From: the human T2T-CHM13v2.0 reference genome, Homo sapiens
Reading direction: 5' to 3' (one strand)
NCBI RefSeq assembly: GCF_009914755.1
Contig: NC_060938.1
Length of the DNA: 64,000 nucleotides
Of the stretch, positions 1 through 18,428 are shown one piece after another (the stretch's first letter is position 1; every line of letters starts with the position of its first letter). The notes below the pieces were generated by a model. That model saw only the letters and a list, made by a program, of their open reading frames with translations, was not told the origin of the DNA and ran no database searches. The position numbers and the translations under genes are program-made.

Positions 1-283
1 CATGGTGGCATACACCTGTAGTCCCAGCTACTCAGGAGGCTAAGGCAGGAGAATTGCTTTAGCCCAGGAGTTTGAGATAAGCCTGGGCAACATAGCGAGA
101 CATCCATCTCAAAAAAAAAAAGTTGTGGTTGCCAGAGGTTTGCAGGAGGAGGAAGGAATGAACAGATGGAACACAGGACATTTTTAGGGCAGTGAAACCA
201 TTCTGTATGATGATGTAATGATGGATACTTGTAATTATACACTTTTCAAAACCCATAGAATGTACATTACAGAATGAATCCTA

Positions 284-3747
<3,464 letters not shown>

Positions 3748-4219
3748 TAAATGAATGAATAAGCAAATCATTCAGTTTGTGAGTAAAAGAAATGAGTGCG
3801 GTAGCCAGACTTTTAAGATGACCACCAATGATCTGCACCGCGCCGCCTGGTACCCTTATAGTCTCGAACAACATTGTATCAGGTTGGTCTGTTTGACTGA
3901 TAGAATATGGCAGAAGTGATGTTATGTAACTTACAAGAAGAGATTATAAAAGACACTAAACTTTCCATATTATATTGATGGTTTTATCTGTCAAATATGT
4001 ACACAGTGAAAAAACTGAAGATATGGGAAAGGGCATGTTTTTTGATAAAATTAGAAGCATAACTCTAAGGATTTTTCCCCCTCACTTTTCCAATGTTAAG
4101 TGAAATATAAATAGTTTTTATCAGCTTTCTACACCAAATAAAGTTAAAGTTATTAATATTAGAATAATAAATAGTTAATTTCATTGCCCAAAATAACATC
4201 TATAATTCAGGAAAGTCTT

Positions 4220-4409
4220 TTTTCATAGTCTAATCTTTTAAAACATCATTAAAAGCAATTTTTCCTTCCAGGTATTTCAAGGATCTTTTGTTGTTCCCTA
4301 TACTTTTCTTCAAGTTGGAATGATTCACAAACAGCTGTTCATAAAGATGATACAGCTGTTCCATTTGCTGAGTAAGCATCTGAATTTCCTGCTGAAGATC
4401 TTCTGTTCT
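4220..4409 (-). pseudogene. copy B exon paralogous to 34421-34622 (RTEDLQQEIQMLTQQMEQLYHLYEQLFVNHSNLKKSIGNNKRSLKYLEGKIAFNDVLKD*)
   Basis: Intact acceptor TTTTTCTATAG|, 59 open codons to TAG at 4232-4230. The equivalent splice donor is lost. Confidence 0.8.
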
Positions 4410-5310
4410 CTATAGAAAAAGAAGGAAATACTTCCTGATAGTTAACAGTTACGTTTAGAGTGACATTGTGGGGACAATAAATTAGTAAATAGAGGCTAAA
4501 GGAAGACTATTAAGACTTGACATTTAAAAATTAATTTAAAAAGAAGTGGATCTGATACACAATAGTAAGACATTTTAGTTTGTAGAGTAATAAAGTCATA
4601 AAATAAGTTTTCAGAGATCAGAGGTTAAAAAATTATAGACTTCTGTTAATAGATGTAGCAGATGTCACTAGCATATTGAAACCTGATAGCCATATTCATT
4701 ACATTCCACTGTTGATGGAGTGGAATTGCTGAGTCACAGGGTAGGATATATTCTGGTTTTAGGGATACACTTTGGTTTTAGGAGATATTGACAAATGCAT
4801 TTCCAAATGGGTTGTACCAATTTAATCTCCTATCAGGAATGTAGGAGAATCCCGTTTCCTTGCCTAGCTCTGACATCATTTTAACCACATGCAAAATCCT
4901 CAATTATTTAACAAAAGAATGTAATACCTTCTGTTTCCAACCCACACATCATCCAAGATCTCCTGTCCTTTTATGCAGCTCTGGGATCTGAGTAAGCAAG
5001 TTTAGTTTCTGGACTTTTGTTGAGTAAAAGTAGGAAATAAGAGGAGAGAAAATTATTCATGAAATGATGAATTTGCATTAGAAAGAAGGTAGGAAAAAGA
5101 GGAAGGGAAGAGAAATTATGAGCAGCATAGACTGGATCTGGGAGAGTTTTTTAAGAGAATGGAGAGTTAGGCACAGGAGAAAAAGGTTTAGGATGTGATG
5201 TGAGAGATATAGTGAGAAAAGTTAAGAAAATGAAGGTGTTATTGTAAATTATGAATATTCCACCTTTTATTAAGAAAATTAGTTAAGGCAAATAATTAAG
5301 ATTGGAATTA

Positions 5311-5751
5311 CAGTTGACCCTTGAAGACCGATTTGAATTGCATGGGTCCACTGATAACGTGGATTTTCTTCTACTTCTGCTACCCCGGAGACAGCAAGAC
5401 CAACCCCTCCTTTCCTTCCTCCTTCTCAGACTACTCAAAGTGAAGACGATGAGAATGAAGACCTTTATGATGATCCACTTCCACTTAATGATTAGTAAAT
5501 ATATTTTTTCTTCTTTATGATTTTCTTAATAACATTTTCTTTTCTCTAGCTTTACTGTAAGAATACAGTGTATAATACATACAACATACAAAATATGTGT
5601 TAGTCAACTGTTTATATTACTGGTAAGTCTTCCAGTCAACAACAGGTTATTAGTAGTTAAGTTTGGGAGGAGTCAACAATTATACACAGATTTTTTTTTT
5701 TTTTGCATGATGGCCATATCCCCTAACCCCAGATTATTAAAGGATTAACTG
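5311..5751. mobile_element. Tigger2a-like TcMar DNA transposon (MITE)
   Basis: Terminal inverted repeats CAGTTGACCCTTGAA ... TTAAAGGATTAACTG flanked by TA dinucleotides (5309-5310, 5752-5753). Confidence 0.8.
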
Positions 5752-6749
5752 TACTGTCAACTAGTTTTGACAACTGAAATATTCTTTTATAAATGGAGCC
5801 AACACATAAATTGGATCATGTAGACCCTTGCTTTACATACAGATTACATTAAAAAGTGGTTATAGTCGAAGGAATTTGAAGAACACTTCCTCAGTACTAT
5901 TTTACTTCCTCAGCAATATTTTACCCCCAACAGACTTCTATAAAATCTTCTCTTTTTATTCTTTTCTACTGACTACTCCTCAACCCTCCTTCACTCAATG
6001 AAGATTTGGGGCCTCACATTCTTCTTCTATACCAACTCATACCATAATTCAAGATTTCAGGGGTCACAGTAGATGATCGATCCAATAATACAGCTTTGTG
6101 ATTCATGTGTGTACTTAATTCCAATGCCCTACACCTACACTCATTTATTATTTAATTATTTATTATTCTAATATTAATAACATTAACTTTTTTTGATGTA
6201 GAAAGTGGTTGTTAAAGCCAGATCATTCCAGCTCCCAAGAGTTGATTATTCATATCTCTTTCTAATTCTATGCTCAATGACATGTTGGTATCAAAAGTCA
6301 ATGAATGCTCAAATTGGGTGCTTTTTCTCAAGAGCCAGTTTACCAGCACATGACTGCCTTTATACCCTACTTCAACCACCTACACCTAGATCCAAAAACA
6401 ACCCTGGATTTTGTCATCAGCAGGAATTGCCCCATACCAGAAATATGAAACTCCGCTATCTTATTCTGTAACATGATCTCAGCTTTCAGCTTTCTCACAG
6501 CCCTATTACCCCTATACCTTTCTCTTCAGTATCACAGAGACCTTTAGGCCCCCCTTGCATTTTCTCTTAATATATCAGAAAGGCATAAAGGCTCCCAGTC
6601 AACCACGGTATAAAGGAACCATGGCTTCCTTCTACCCTCCCTTTGGGAGAGAACCAACAAACAACTCAACATTTCTCGATTACCTCCTAGAGTTAAACAA
6701 GATAACAAAAATTGTTTTTCTTCAAAAATCAATCAAAACTTATTCTCAC

Positions 6750-6877
6750 CTTCATCATGAAAATATTCATGGTTCCTTGTCCTTTCATATTCATATGGGA
6801 GTGAATCTGTTGGCATCTACCAATTGATCTAGAATGGGTTTTTTTTGTTCCACCTTTTCTCTTTAAACCAGATATAC
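6750..6877 (-). pseudogene. copy B exon paralogous to 40810-40951 (VYLV*REKVEQK / HMNMKGQGTMNIFMMK)
   Basis: Donor AAG|GTGAGA retained; acceptor shifted by one base (CAG to CAA, new AAG). Clear nucleotide alignment to the copy A exon and its flanks. Confidence 0.75.
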
Positions 6878-7295
6878 CTTGTGTCAATAGACTGAAAGAT
6901 ATGAGTAGACTAAAGTAATTCAAACAATTTTCAAATGTCCATTCCAAAATTAAAAAGAAATGTCCCCTTTTAAAATATATATATAGTTGGCCAGGCACAG
7001 TGGCAAACGCCTGTAATCCCAGCACTTTGGGAGGCTGAGGCAGGTGAATCACCTGAGCTCAGGAATTCGAGACCAGCCTGGCCAACATGGTGAAACCCCA
7101 TCTCTACTAAAAATACAAAATTAGGCCAGGCACAGTGGCTCACGCCTGTCATCCCAGCACTTTGGGAGGCCAAAGTGGGCAGATCACCTGATGTCAGGAG
7201 TTCGAGATCAGCCTGGCCAACATGGTGAAACCCCGTCTCTACTAAAACTACAAAAATTAGCCGGGTGTGGTGACGGGCTCCTGTAATCCCAGCTA

Positions 7296-7822
<527 letters not shown>

Positions 7823-7825
7823 TCA

Positions 7826-8163
<338 letters not shown>

Positions 8164-8287
8164 TCAGTAATTCCAATAGTCCCAAGAGGGTGTCATTTCA
8201 GAAACCATCCTTTTTAAGAAGACATTTGGAGAGCAATATCTGCCTGGGTAGTAGGATAATATTATAAGGATTAGGACATCACACACG

Positions 8288-9112
8288 GTATCTCAGTCCA
8301 TTTGTGTTGCTATAAGGGAATACTTGAGGCTGAGTAATTTATAAAGAAAAGAGGTTTATTTGGCTCACAGTTCTGCAGACTGTACTAGAAGCATGGCACC
8401 AACATCTGTTTTGGATGAGGGCCTCAGGAAGCTTCTACTCAAGGCAGACAGCAAAGGGAAGCTAATTTTTCCATTTTGTAGATGAGAAAACTGGGACAAG
8501 AAATATTTAGCAATTTGTCTAAACCTACAATATAAGAGGTAGATCCCAGATTGAAACATACACAGTCTGACTCTAAAGACTCTTTGTATTTCAAAGAAAG
8601 TAGCCCCTTGGCTCTGATATTAGTTGCAGATATTTTAAATTCTTATTTAAAAATAAAATTTAAATAAAATAAAGTAACCCCTTTAGTATTAGTTGTAGAT
8701 ATTTTAAAATATTATTTATATTGTAATTCTACTTTAAGTACGCCTACAATTATTGTAGGAGAAAAATGGAAGTAAATAAAGAAATTTGAGAAATTTGAAG
8801 GCAAATATTAAAGGTACTGGAGAGTGAACACTAAAGGATCAGAAAGATGCCTTATGATACTGTGTGTGTAGATCACATGGTGAAAGAGAAGGCAAGAGAG
8901 AGAGGAGGGGTAAGTACAAGGATCTTTACAACAACGAGATCTTGTGGGAACCAAGAGTGAGAACGAACTTACTCCCTCTAGAAGGGCACCACACCATTCA
9001 TAAGGGATCTGCCTTAACAACCCAAACACTTCCCACCAGGCTCCACCTTCAACATTAGTGATCAAATTCCAACATGAGACTTGGCAAACAAACAGTATCC
9101 AAACCGTAGCAC
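8288..9112 (-). mobile_element. MST (MaLR) LTR, interrupted at ~8465-8861
   Basis: MST motifs GTCCATTTGTGTTGCTATAAGGGAATAC...GGCCTCAGGAAGCTT, resuming at GATCACATGGTG...AAACCGTAGCA. Confidence 0.75.
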
Positions 9113-10028
9113 ACAGACTAAAGCACTTCTACTACAACAATTCCTGAGTGGAATTCTTTAATTGGGATGTGAGAAGGGGGAAAGGAATTGGAAATAACTA
9201 CAATAATTTGGGCCAGGCACTGTGGCTCATGCCTGTAATCTCAGCACTTTGGGAGGCCAAGGCAGATGGATCACTTGAGCTCAAGACCAGCCTGGGCAAT
9301 GTCGTGAAACCCTGCCTCTATCAAAAAAAAAGAAAGAAAGAAAGAAAGAAGAAATTTGTATGTGAAAACTTGTATCATACATACAAACAGCTTAGATACA
9401 TAAATGACTAATTACATATTTGGATCTTGCTTTGAATACTAATTGCTAGGGAATGATAACATCTCTTTATTCTAAGGCTAATTTAAAGTTTTTTATGTCC
9501 TTTTCTATCGTAGAATTGCAGCCAAAAGGATTGGTGAGCCTGAAGTCAAGTCAAGATAAACTACCCGGCTAGGCATGGTGGCTCACGCCTGTAATCCCAG
9601 CACTTTGGGAGGCCAAGGCGGGCAGATCACGTAATTTCAGGAGTTTGAGACCAGCCTGGCCAACATGGTGAAACCCCATCTCTACTAAAAATACAAAAAT
9701 TAGCTGGGCGTGGTGGCAGGCGCCTGTAATCCCAGCTACTAGAGAGGCCAGGAGGTGGAGGTTGCAGTGAGCCAACATCCTGCCACATTGCACTCCTTTC
9801 TGGTCAAAAAGAGCAAAACTCTGTCTCAAAAAAAGAAAGAAAGAAAGAAAGAAATTAGGCTGGGCACTGTGGCTCACACCTGTAATCCCAGCACTTTGGG
9901 AGGCCAAGGCGGGTGGATCACCTGAGTTTGGGAATTTGAGACCAGCCTGACCAATATGGAGAAACCCCATCTCTACTAAAAATACAAAAGTAGCCAGGCG
10001 TGGTGGCACATGCCTGTAATCCCAGCTA

Positions 10029-11150
<1,122 letters not shown>

Positions 11151-12322
11151 GCAAGAAGTCCTGGGCCTAAATATCTCAGTCAACTCAGTCCACACTGCAC
11201 AGGAAGGATAGAAAAAGGGCTGGGAACCAGACATGGTGTAAAAAGATCCTTTGGGGCCGGGCCCAGTGGCTCACGCTGGTAATCCCAGCACTTTCGGAGG
11301 CCGAGGTGGGCAGATCACGAGGTCAGGAGTTCGAGACTGGCCTGACCAACATGGTGACATCCTTTCTCTACTAAAAATACAAGAAATTAGCCGAGCGTGG
11401 TGGCGCGCCTGTAATCCCAGCTACTAAAGAGGCTAAGGCAAGAGAATCCCTTGAACCAGGGAGGTGGAGGTTGCATGAGCCGAGATCATGCCATTGCACT
11501 CCAGCCCGGGCAACAGAGTGAGACTCCATCTCAAAAAAAAAAAAAAAAAAAAAAGAATCCTTTGCACAGTCTCCTTCAGAGAGTCCTTCTCTCCCTTTTC
11601 CAACACTGGTAGAATGATGAAATATTGAGAAAAAAAATCATGGTGTGTCACTCAGCCACCATTTTAGCACTAAAGACAAAAACTGATGGTCCCTAGAGCC
11701 TCACTCTGTAGTCTTATTTGAAACTGTGCTTAGAAGATGAAAAGGACAAAGACATAAATTTTTAAAAATGAAATTATCCTGAAGAGTTTGCTATGCCTGA
11801 TCAGCTATTATACATCCAGCTATGGCTATGGTTGATGAATTGCTTTTAATTACTTTTTCACTTGAACTTTTCAGCCATCTTATTTCAGACAATATCTGCA
11901 CAACCAGAAAACACACACACACCTTGATCTCTTGTTGCTGGCTACTGAGTTTAGTCTCTTAGTTTGAGTAAATATTTGTTTCCCACTTCTGTTTCAGGCT
12001 CCTATGTTTTCCTTTTAAAAGTGATCTGCGAAATGCAAACCCCAGAGGAAAATGAAAGGTATCAATTGGTCTAACGTACAGTAAATAACAGAATAAAGAT
12101 GGTCTACAACAGAATGTAAATCTGGATAGAAAAGCTTTTCATATTTTGTGGCTTTCTTAAATATTACTCTTATTATAAGAGGATACATTAATGACCATCT
12201 TTTCTCCTGCTATCAAAAAGGGTACTGTAACCAGGCACGGTGGCTCACGCCTGTAATCCCAGCACTTTGGGAGGCCGAGGTGGGTGGATCACGAGGTCAG
12301 GAGATCGAGACCATCCTGGCTA

Positions 12323-12653
<331 letters not shown>

Positions 12654-12983
12654 TCAGCTCACTGCAAGCTCTGCCTCCTGGGTTCACGCCATTGTCCTGC
12701 CTCAGCCTCCCGAGTAGCTGGGACTACAGGTGCCCACCACCACGCCCAGCTAATTTTTTGTATTTTTTAGTAGAGATGGGGTTTCACCGTGTTAGCCAGG
12801 TTGGTCTTGATATCCTGACCTTGATAATCACAAGTCTTATAATGAAAAATTGTAATAATGTTATACCAGGCAATAAGTGAAATTCCATGAAATTAAACTG
12901 ATCAATCAGGAGCATGGAGCTCATATGCTATATGTGAGCTTATGATGAGAGACATGTTTCAAAAATAAACTAGAATTTTCTAC

Positions 12984-13581
12984 CTTAGTTTTATAATTCG
13001 TTCCGTTAAGTCCTGCTTGCCTCTTTTAAGACTCTGAATACTTGTTTTTCAGACTTAATTCTGGTTAAAGATACAATATGTTCCTCTAGATCCTTGACAT
13101 CGTATTTCAGGGACACTATCTGGGATGGCTATTAAACATTATTTTCTTTGTAGCTTTTTAGTTCAGACTTCAACTTTTGCAATGAAATTTCTTTTATGAT
13201 GTATTAGTCCATTTTCACACTGCTGATAAAGACATGCCCAAGACTGGGTAATTTATAAATAAAAAGTTTAATGGACTCACAGTTCCACATGGCTGGGGAG
13301 GCCTCACAATCATGGCAGGTGAAACATACATCTTACATGGCAACAGGCAAGGTAGAATGAGAGCCAAACAAGAGGGGAAATCCCTAATAAAACCATCCCA
13401 TGAGACTTATTCACTACGACGAGAACAACAGGGAGGAAACCACCCCCCATGATTCAATTATCTCCCACTGGGTCCCTCCCACAACATGTGGGAATTATGG
13501 GAGCTACAATTCAAGATGAGATTTGGGTGGGGACACAGACAAACCATATCATATGAGAAGTTTGTTTTGAAGATTCTTTAC
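12984..13581 (-). pseudogene. copy B exon paralogous to 54093-54348, split by a THE1 LTR (VKNLQNKLLI|KEISLQKLKSELKSYKENNV**PSQIVSLKYDVKDLEEHIVSLTRIKS)
   Basis: TCTATTTAG| acceptor and AAG|GTAGAA donor retained. Codon-by-codon match to the copy A exon, with tandem stops TAA TAG and the LTR insertion. Confidence 0.85.
13200..13551 (-). mobile_element. THE1 (MaLR) solo LTR
   Basis: 352 bp, TGTATTAGTCC...AAACCATATCA, with a perfect 5-bp TSD TATGA at 13195-13199 and 13552-13556. Confidence 0.92.
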
Positions 13582-14288
13582 CTAAATAGAAGGCATTTTA
13601 AAAATTATTTATAATTTTAAATTTAAAAGTTCATTATTTCAAAATCATATTTTATATATAAATATATATTAAGGTCAAATCTTTCAAATCTGTGTGTTCC
13701 AGTGTTCAATACATTTTTAAAATAAAATCAAGTTAGCACATATAGCTTGGAATACCGTATTTTATTCTGATCAACATAAAAATTATTTTTTAAAAGAGTA
13801 AATTGTACCAACAATGAATTCTGTAAATCCTAGTAGAAAAGAACATTAAGTGTATGCTACTTTGGGCCATACTTGTTTTGCTTTATGATGTGTCCTAAAG
13901 GGGAGTGTGTTCAGTCTTCTCACTCTACCACCAAACCTAGTAGATTACAAAGCAAACCTGTATTATCTGAAAGGAACCCAAAAGTGGCTTTGTTGAGGGA
14001 TCCAGCTAACGGCCTCTTTTGAGACACTGATTGACTGAGGATGAAAAATACATTTCTCAGGTGGCTCATTCACATGTCACAGAAGGCTTCAGTTCTTCCC
14101 TGGCTGTTGGGAGTAGGCCTATTTCTCACCAAATGTGCCTTTCCACAGCACTGTTTGATATGTTCTCATGACAAGGCAGCTGCTTTACTTCAGAGTGAAT
14201 GATCGAAGAGAGAGAACAAAAAGGAATTCATGACCTATTGACATACCTCCACATTGGCCATATTCTACACATAGAAGCAAGTCACTAA

Positions 14289-14504
<216 letters not shown>

Positions 14505-15026
14505 TGACGCCAGGCCAGGCTAACTTTTGTATTTTTAGTAGAGACGGGGTTTCACCATGTTGGCCAAGCTGGTCTCAAAACTCCTGACCTCAGGTGATCC
14601 GCCTGCCTCGGCCACCCAAAGTGCTGGGATTACAAGCATGAGCTACCACGCCCAGCCTGTTGTCTTATTTTAAAACCACTACAGGAATACTGTTTGTGTA
14701 GGGTTTTTTCCTAAAATATTTTTAATAAATAATGGTTTTTCCTAAAGTAATATATACCTAGCACTGGGGATATAAACAAGAGAGGCAAACCCCTTACAGA
14801 GCTTACCTTCTATTGTGACAAGCCAGTAAACATGTATAAAAATTAATGAAATAATTTTAGATAATAAGTGCTGTACATAGAATAATGTAACAGTGATCAG
14901 GGAAGGCACACAAAGGAGTAACTTTTGTTAGTGTGACTAGAAAGGCCTCCTGTGATACATTAAGATAAATGGGGTTATACTATGCATTCTATTAGATAAC
15001 CTGACTTTATCATTTAACAAAGCTAT

Positions 15027-15402
15027 CTGTCTTAACTTGGGCTGCTATAACAAAATATTAATACCACAGACTGAGTGGCTTTAAAAACAGACATTCATAT
15101 CTCATGGCTGTGGAACCTGGAAAGACCAAGATCAAGGTGACAGCCAGTTCAGTTCCTGGTGAGGACTCTTCCTAATTTACAGATGGCTGCCTTCTCACCA
15201 TGTCCTTAAATGACTGACAGAAGAAAGCTCTGGACTCCCTTCTTCTTTGTATAAGGACACTACTCCCATCGTGGGGGCCCCATCTGCGTGACCTCATCTA
15301 AATCAAACTACCTCCCAAAGGCCCTGCCTCCAAATACCACCACATTCAGGGTAAGGGCTTCAACATATGAAAGTTCAGGGGACACAATTCCGTCTATAGC
15401 AG
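15027..15402 (-). mobile_element. MLT1A-like LTR
   Basis: GGGCTGCTATAACAAAAT...ACCACAGACTGAGTGGCTT...GACACAATTC...TATAGCA motifs. Confidence 0.7.
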
Positions 15403-15563
15403 CTATCTCCCATATCTACACATTTATATCTTCCCTTTAACAACTGCATCCATCTTGATGAAAACTTGTACCTTTTTACAAATGTAAACAATGCTGTGAT
15501 AAACACCTTTTTTTTTTTTTTTTTTTTTTTTGAGATGAAGTCTCACTCTGTAACCCAGGCTAG

Positions 15564-15791
<228 letters not shown>

Positions 15792-16119
15792 TGATCCATC
15801 CACCTCGGCCTCCCAGAGTGCTGGGATTACAGGCATAAGCCACTGTTCCTGGACAACACATTTATAAATATATATGTGTACAAGCTGTGATAAACACTTT
15901 TACACATATTTGTGTGCACATATTAATATTTTTGTAGGATAAACTTCCACAGGTGAAATTATCAATGGAAGCACAATTTTAAGTTGTAGATAATATCAAA
16001 CTGCCCTTCAAAATGGTTGTAAAAATTTACACTTCTACAAAAAGGAGTAAACACTGTTTCCTTACTAACTTTATGTATAAATATTTCTATCATAAGATTT
16101 TATGTATTTTTATTACCTT

Positions 16120-16850
16120 ACAAACAGGCCATTCTCAGTCTTCATTTTATTTGATCAGTCTGTAACATTTAACAGTTAATTACTCTTTCTTTCACAGAAC
16201 ACATTTTTCACCTGTCTTGTAAGGCAGCATGCTCTTGGGGTTTTCCTCATAACACACTGGACTCTTCTTTTCAATCTTCCCTCCTGTTTCCTTCTCATCT
16301 CCTTGAATTCTAAACACTGCAGTGTCCTAGGCATCGGTATTTGGTTGTCTCCACCTAAACCTGTTCCTTTGGTGGGATCTCATCCAATCTCATGAATTTA
16401 AATGCCATATCTCCACTTGGATGTCTAAGAGGCAAGGTATTTAAAAACATTTAAAGCCAAACTTATGATTGTACCCCCAAAACCTGGTCCTTCCAGTATC
16501 ACCTTATTTCAATTCAGTAAATCACAACTCTATTTTTGCGCTTGCTCAAATCAAACCCTTGCTTTCTTTCTTATATCCTAACTTCCTCTCTTCATTCAGA
16601 TTTTTCTCATCAGATTCTGCCTCCCACTGCCATTCCTTGCCCTTTTAATTTACCTATTAAAAAAATAGATGAATCTCTAAAACTATATATTTCTTTACTT
16701 GATCATTGTCCTCCCCACCAGAAGATGAGCTGAGGGCAGGAACAGTTCACTACGGTATCTGATTCAATAATATCTCTAGCACCTATAGCAGTGTTCTTGG
16801 CACAGAGTGGCACTCAATAATTATTTGCTCAGTAAATGAATGGCTTGTAC
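16120..16850 (+). mobile_element. L2 fragments
   Basis: ATCTCCACTTGGATGTCTAA and 3' end GGCACAGAGTGGCACTCAATAATTATTTGCTCAGTAAATGAATG. Confidence 0.6.
16212..16424 (-). other. ESR2: candidate alternative ESR2 5'UTR exon derived from an L2 element, 213 bp
   Basis: Minus-strand acceptor CCTTGCCTCTTAG| and donor CAG|GTGAAA. The sequence is L2-like. Confidence 0.45.
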
Positions 16851-17104
16851 TGTTCACACTCATCAGTACCATGGTTGAAAACCAAGCTGTTGAGGTAGCA
16901 AGGGTAACAAATTGAGAGATAAAGCATCTGGGTTTGGGGCCTAGCCCAGGCACAGGTATGCAGCTGTAGGCAACTTATCCTTCAAAGTCGATTTCATCAT
17001 CTGTAAAATGGGGTTTATGCATTTCCTCAGCATAAAAACCAGTTGAAATGGTCAATATCTACTTGGTATTACAAGACACAAAAGTTTCACTCCCTACAAC
17101 TTAC

Positions 17105-17233
17105 CAGGAATATTTGCTTCAATTCCCTTCTTAATTTCACTTGCTCAGGTATAAAACAACTTAAGTGGACATTTTCAGAAGCTCTTATATTACACTGTAC
17201 CTCTAAAATATCCGCTTGTGCAAACTTTGAGAA
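17105..17233 (-). other. ESR2: candidate alternative ESR2 5'UTR exon (0X-type), 129 bp
   Basis: Minus-strand acceptor GCTTTTACAG| and consensus donor CTG|GTAAGT, about 370 bp downstream of the 0K donor. Confidence 0.55.
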
Positions 17234-17601
17234 CTGTAAAAGCAATTACCAGAAAAAAAAAATCACGATTCCTTAATTCTATTATGCTGATGGTTGCACC
17301 ACTCTGTAAATATGCTAAAAATCATTGAATCCATTAAAATGGGTGAACGTTATGGTATGTACATTATACTTGATAAAACTGTTAATCAAACAAAAAAGAG
17401 ATTATCTAATTCCATATGTGGGACTACTATAAAATATCCTCAGAATATAGGAATAAGAAAAAAATACTAAAAGCCCCCCAAATTTTTTTAAAAGTCTGTT
17501 TTACATGAGCTCTGCCAGTAGTTGAAACAGGCCACCGTCAGAAACGGCTTGTAAAAGAAACCCGGTATCTGGTCAAGTCCTAAGTGACCTGAACCACGCA
17601 C

Positions 17602-18300
17602 CTTCAGAACCATATTGGGATGACTGTAACCTGAGCGCGGTTCCTCCAGCAGAGCAAGCACATTCATCGGACTCAGTAACTCAAGGGGCCAGTCCTCTCC
17701 AGCATCCCAGCTGCCGCCGCCCTGTCAGGCTTCCCAGGCAATCGCCCATCTTATTCCTTCTCCAGTGTGGACGCCTACGAGGAGGGAGCGTCCCCTCTCG
17801 ACAGTTAACTGGCATCTAGCTTATGAAGCCCGCGTGGATTCTCCAACCCCAGACCTGCTGGGGGGTGGGGACGTGCGGGTGACAAAATCCAGACTACGAC
17901 CCTCCCTGAGCCCTGGCAACCCCGGGGTGACCCCAACACAGAGGGGGCCACGCGCGCTCCAGCTCTGACACTCCTTCCAGCTCGGCAGGGCCTGAAACAG
18001 GGGGCTGCGCTTCACCCACTGCTGAGCGTCAGATTCAGCTGAGGAGATTCTAAAAGCGCGGTGCTGGGCCCAGACCCAGGCACTCCAGAGCAGAACGCGG
18101 AGGGGCCCGACCCCAGTCTGGCGGCGCAGGTGTGTGACAAAGTCGGAAGGCGCGCCAAGCTCTCCAGTTCCACATCTGCTGTAGAGTCCAGCGCCCGCCA
18201 CGCTCCCGCGCAGGGACCCGCCCATTACTGCCTGGAAGCCGGGCGCCCTCACACTTCTGCACCGCGTCCCCAGAGCTGAGGAGCATCCGGGAGACTCGCC
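17602..18300 (-). other. ESR2: ESR2 non-coding first exon 0K (5' boundary approximate, multiple TSS likely)
   Basis: Minus strand reads ...CGAGAGGGGACGCTCCCTCCTCGTAGG...CCCAATATGGTTCTGAAG|GTGCGT, with donor GT at 17601-17600. Recognised from ESR2 0K cDNA 5' ends. Confidence 0.8.
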
Positions 18301-18319
18301 GCCCGAACCCGCGAAACTG

Positions 18320-18428
18320 TCCTCCCTCCCGCGAGGCCGCCCCGTCCCCCTCCCCGCAGACCGCCCCCCCTCCCCGCAGACCGCCCCGTCCACCCCCCGC
18401 GAGGCCGCCCCGTCCGCCCCCCCACCCG
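18320..18428. repeat. GC-rich ~20-bp-unit minisatellite in the promoter
   Basis: Units CCCGCGAGGCCGCCCCGTCC (x2) and CCCCCTCCCCGCAGACCGCC (x2). Confidence 0.8.

Noticed and set aside
5302-5520. 72-aa ORF
   Set aside because: Lies entirely within the Tigger2a-like element.
17105-17233. Possible copy B equivalent of the ATG exon at 58952-59044
   Set aside because: No visible similarity between the two sequences.
17821-18393. 190-aa ORF in the CpG island and overlapping ORFs
   Set aside because: GTG start inside the GC minisatellite, low-complexity G/R/A/P composition, and stop depletion expected at high GC.
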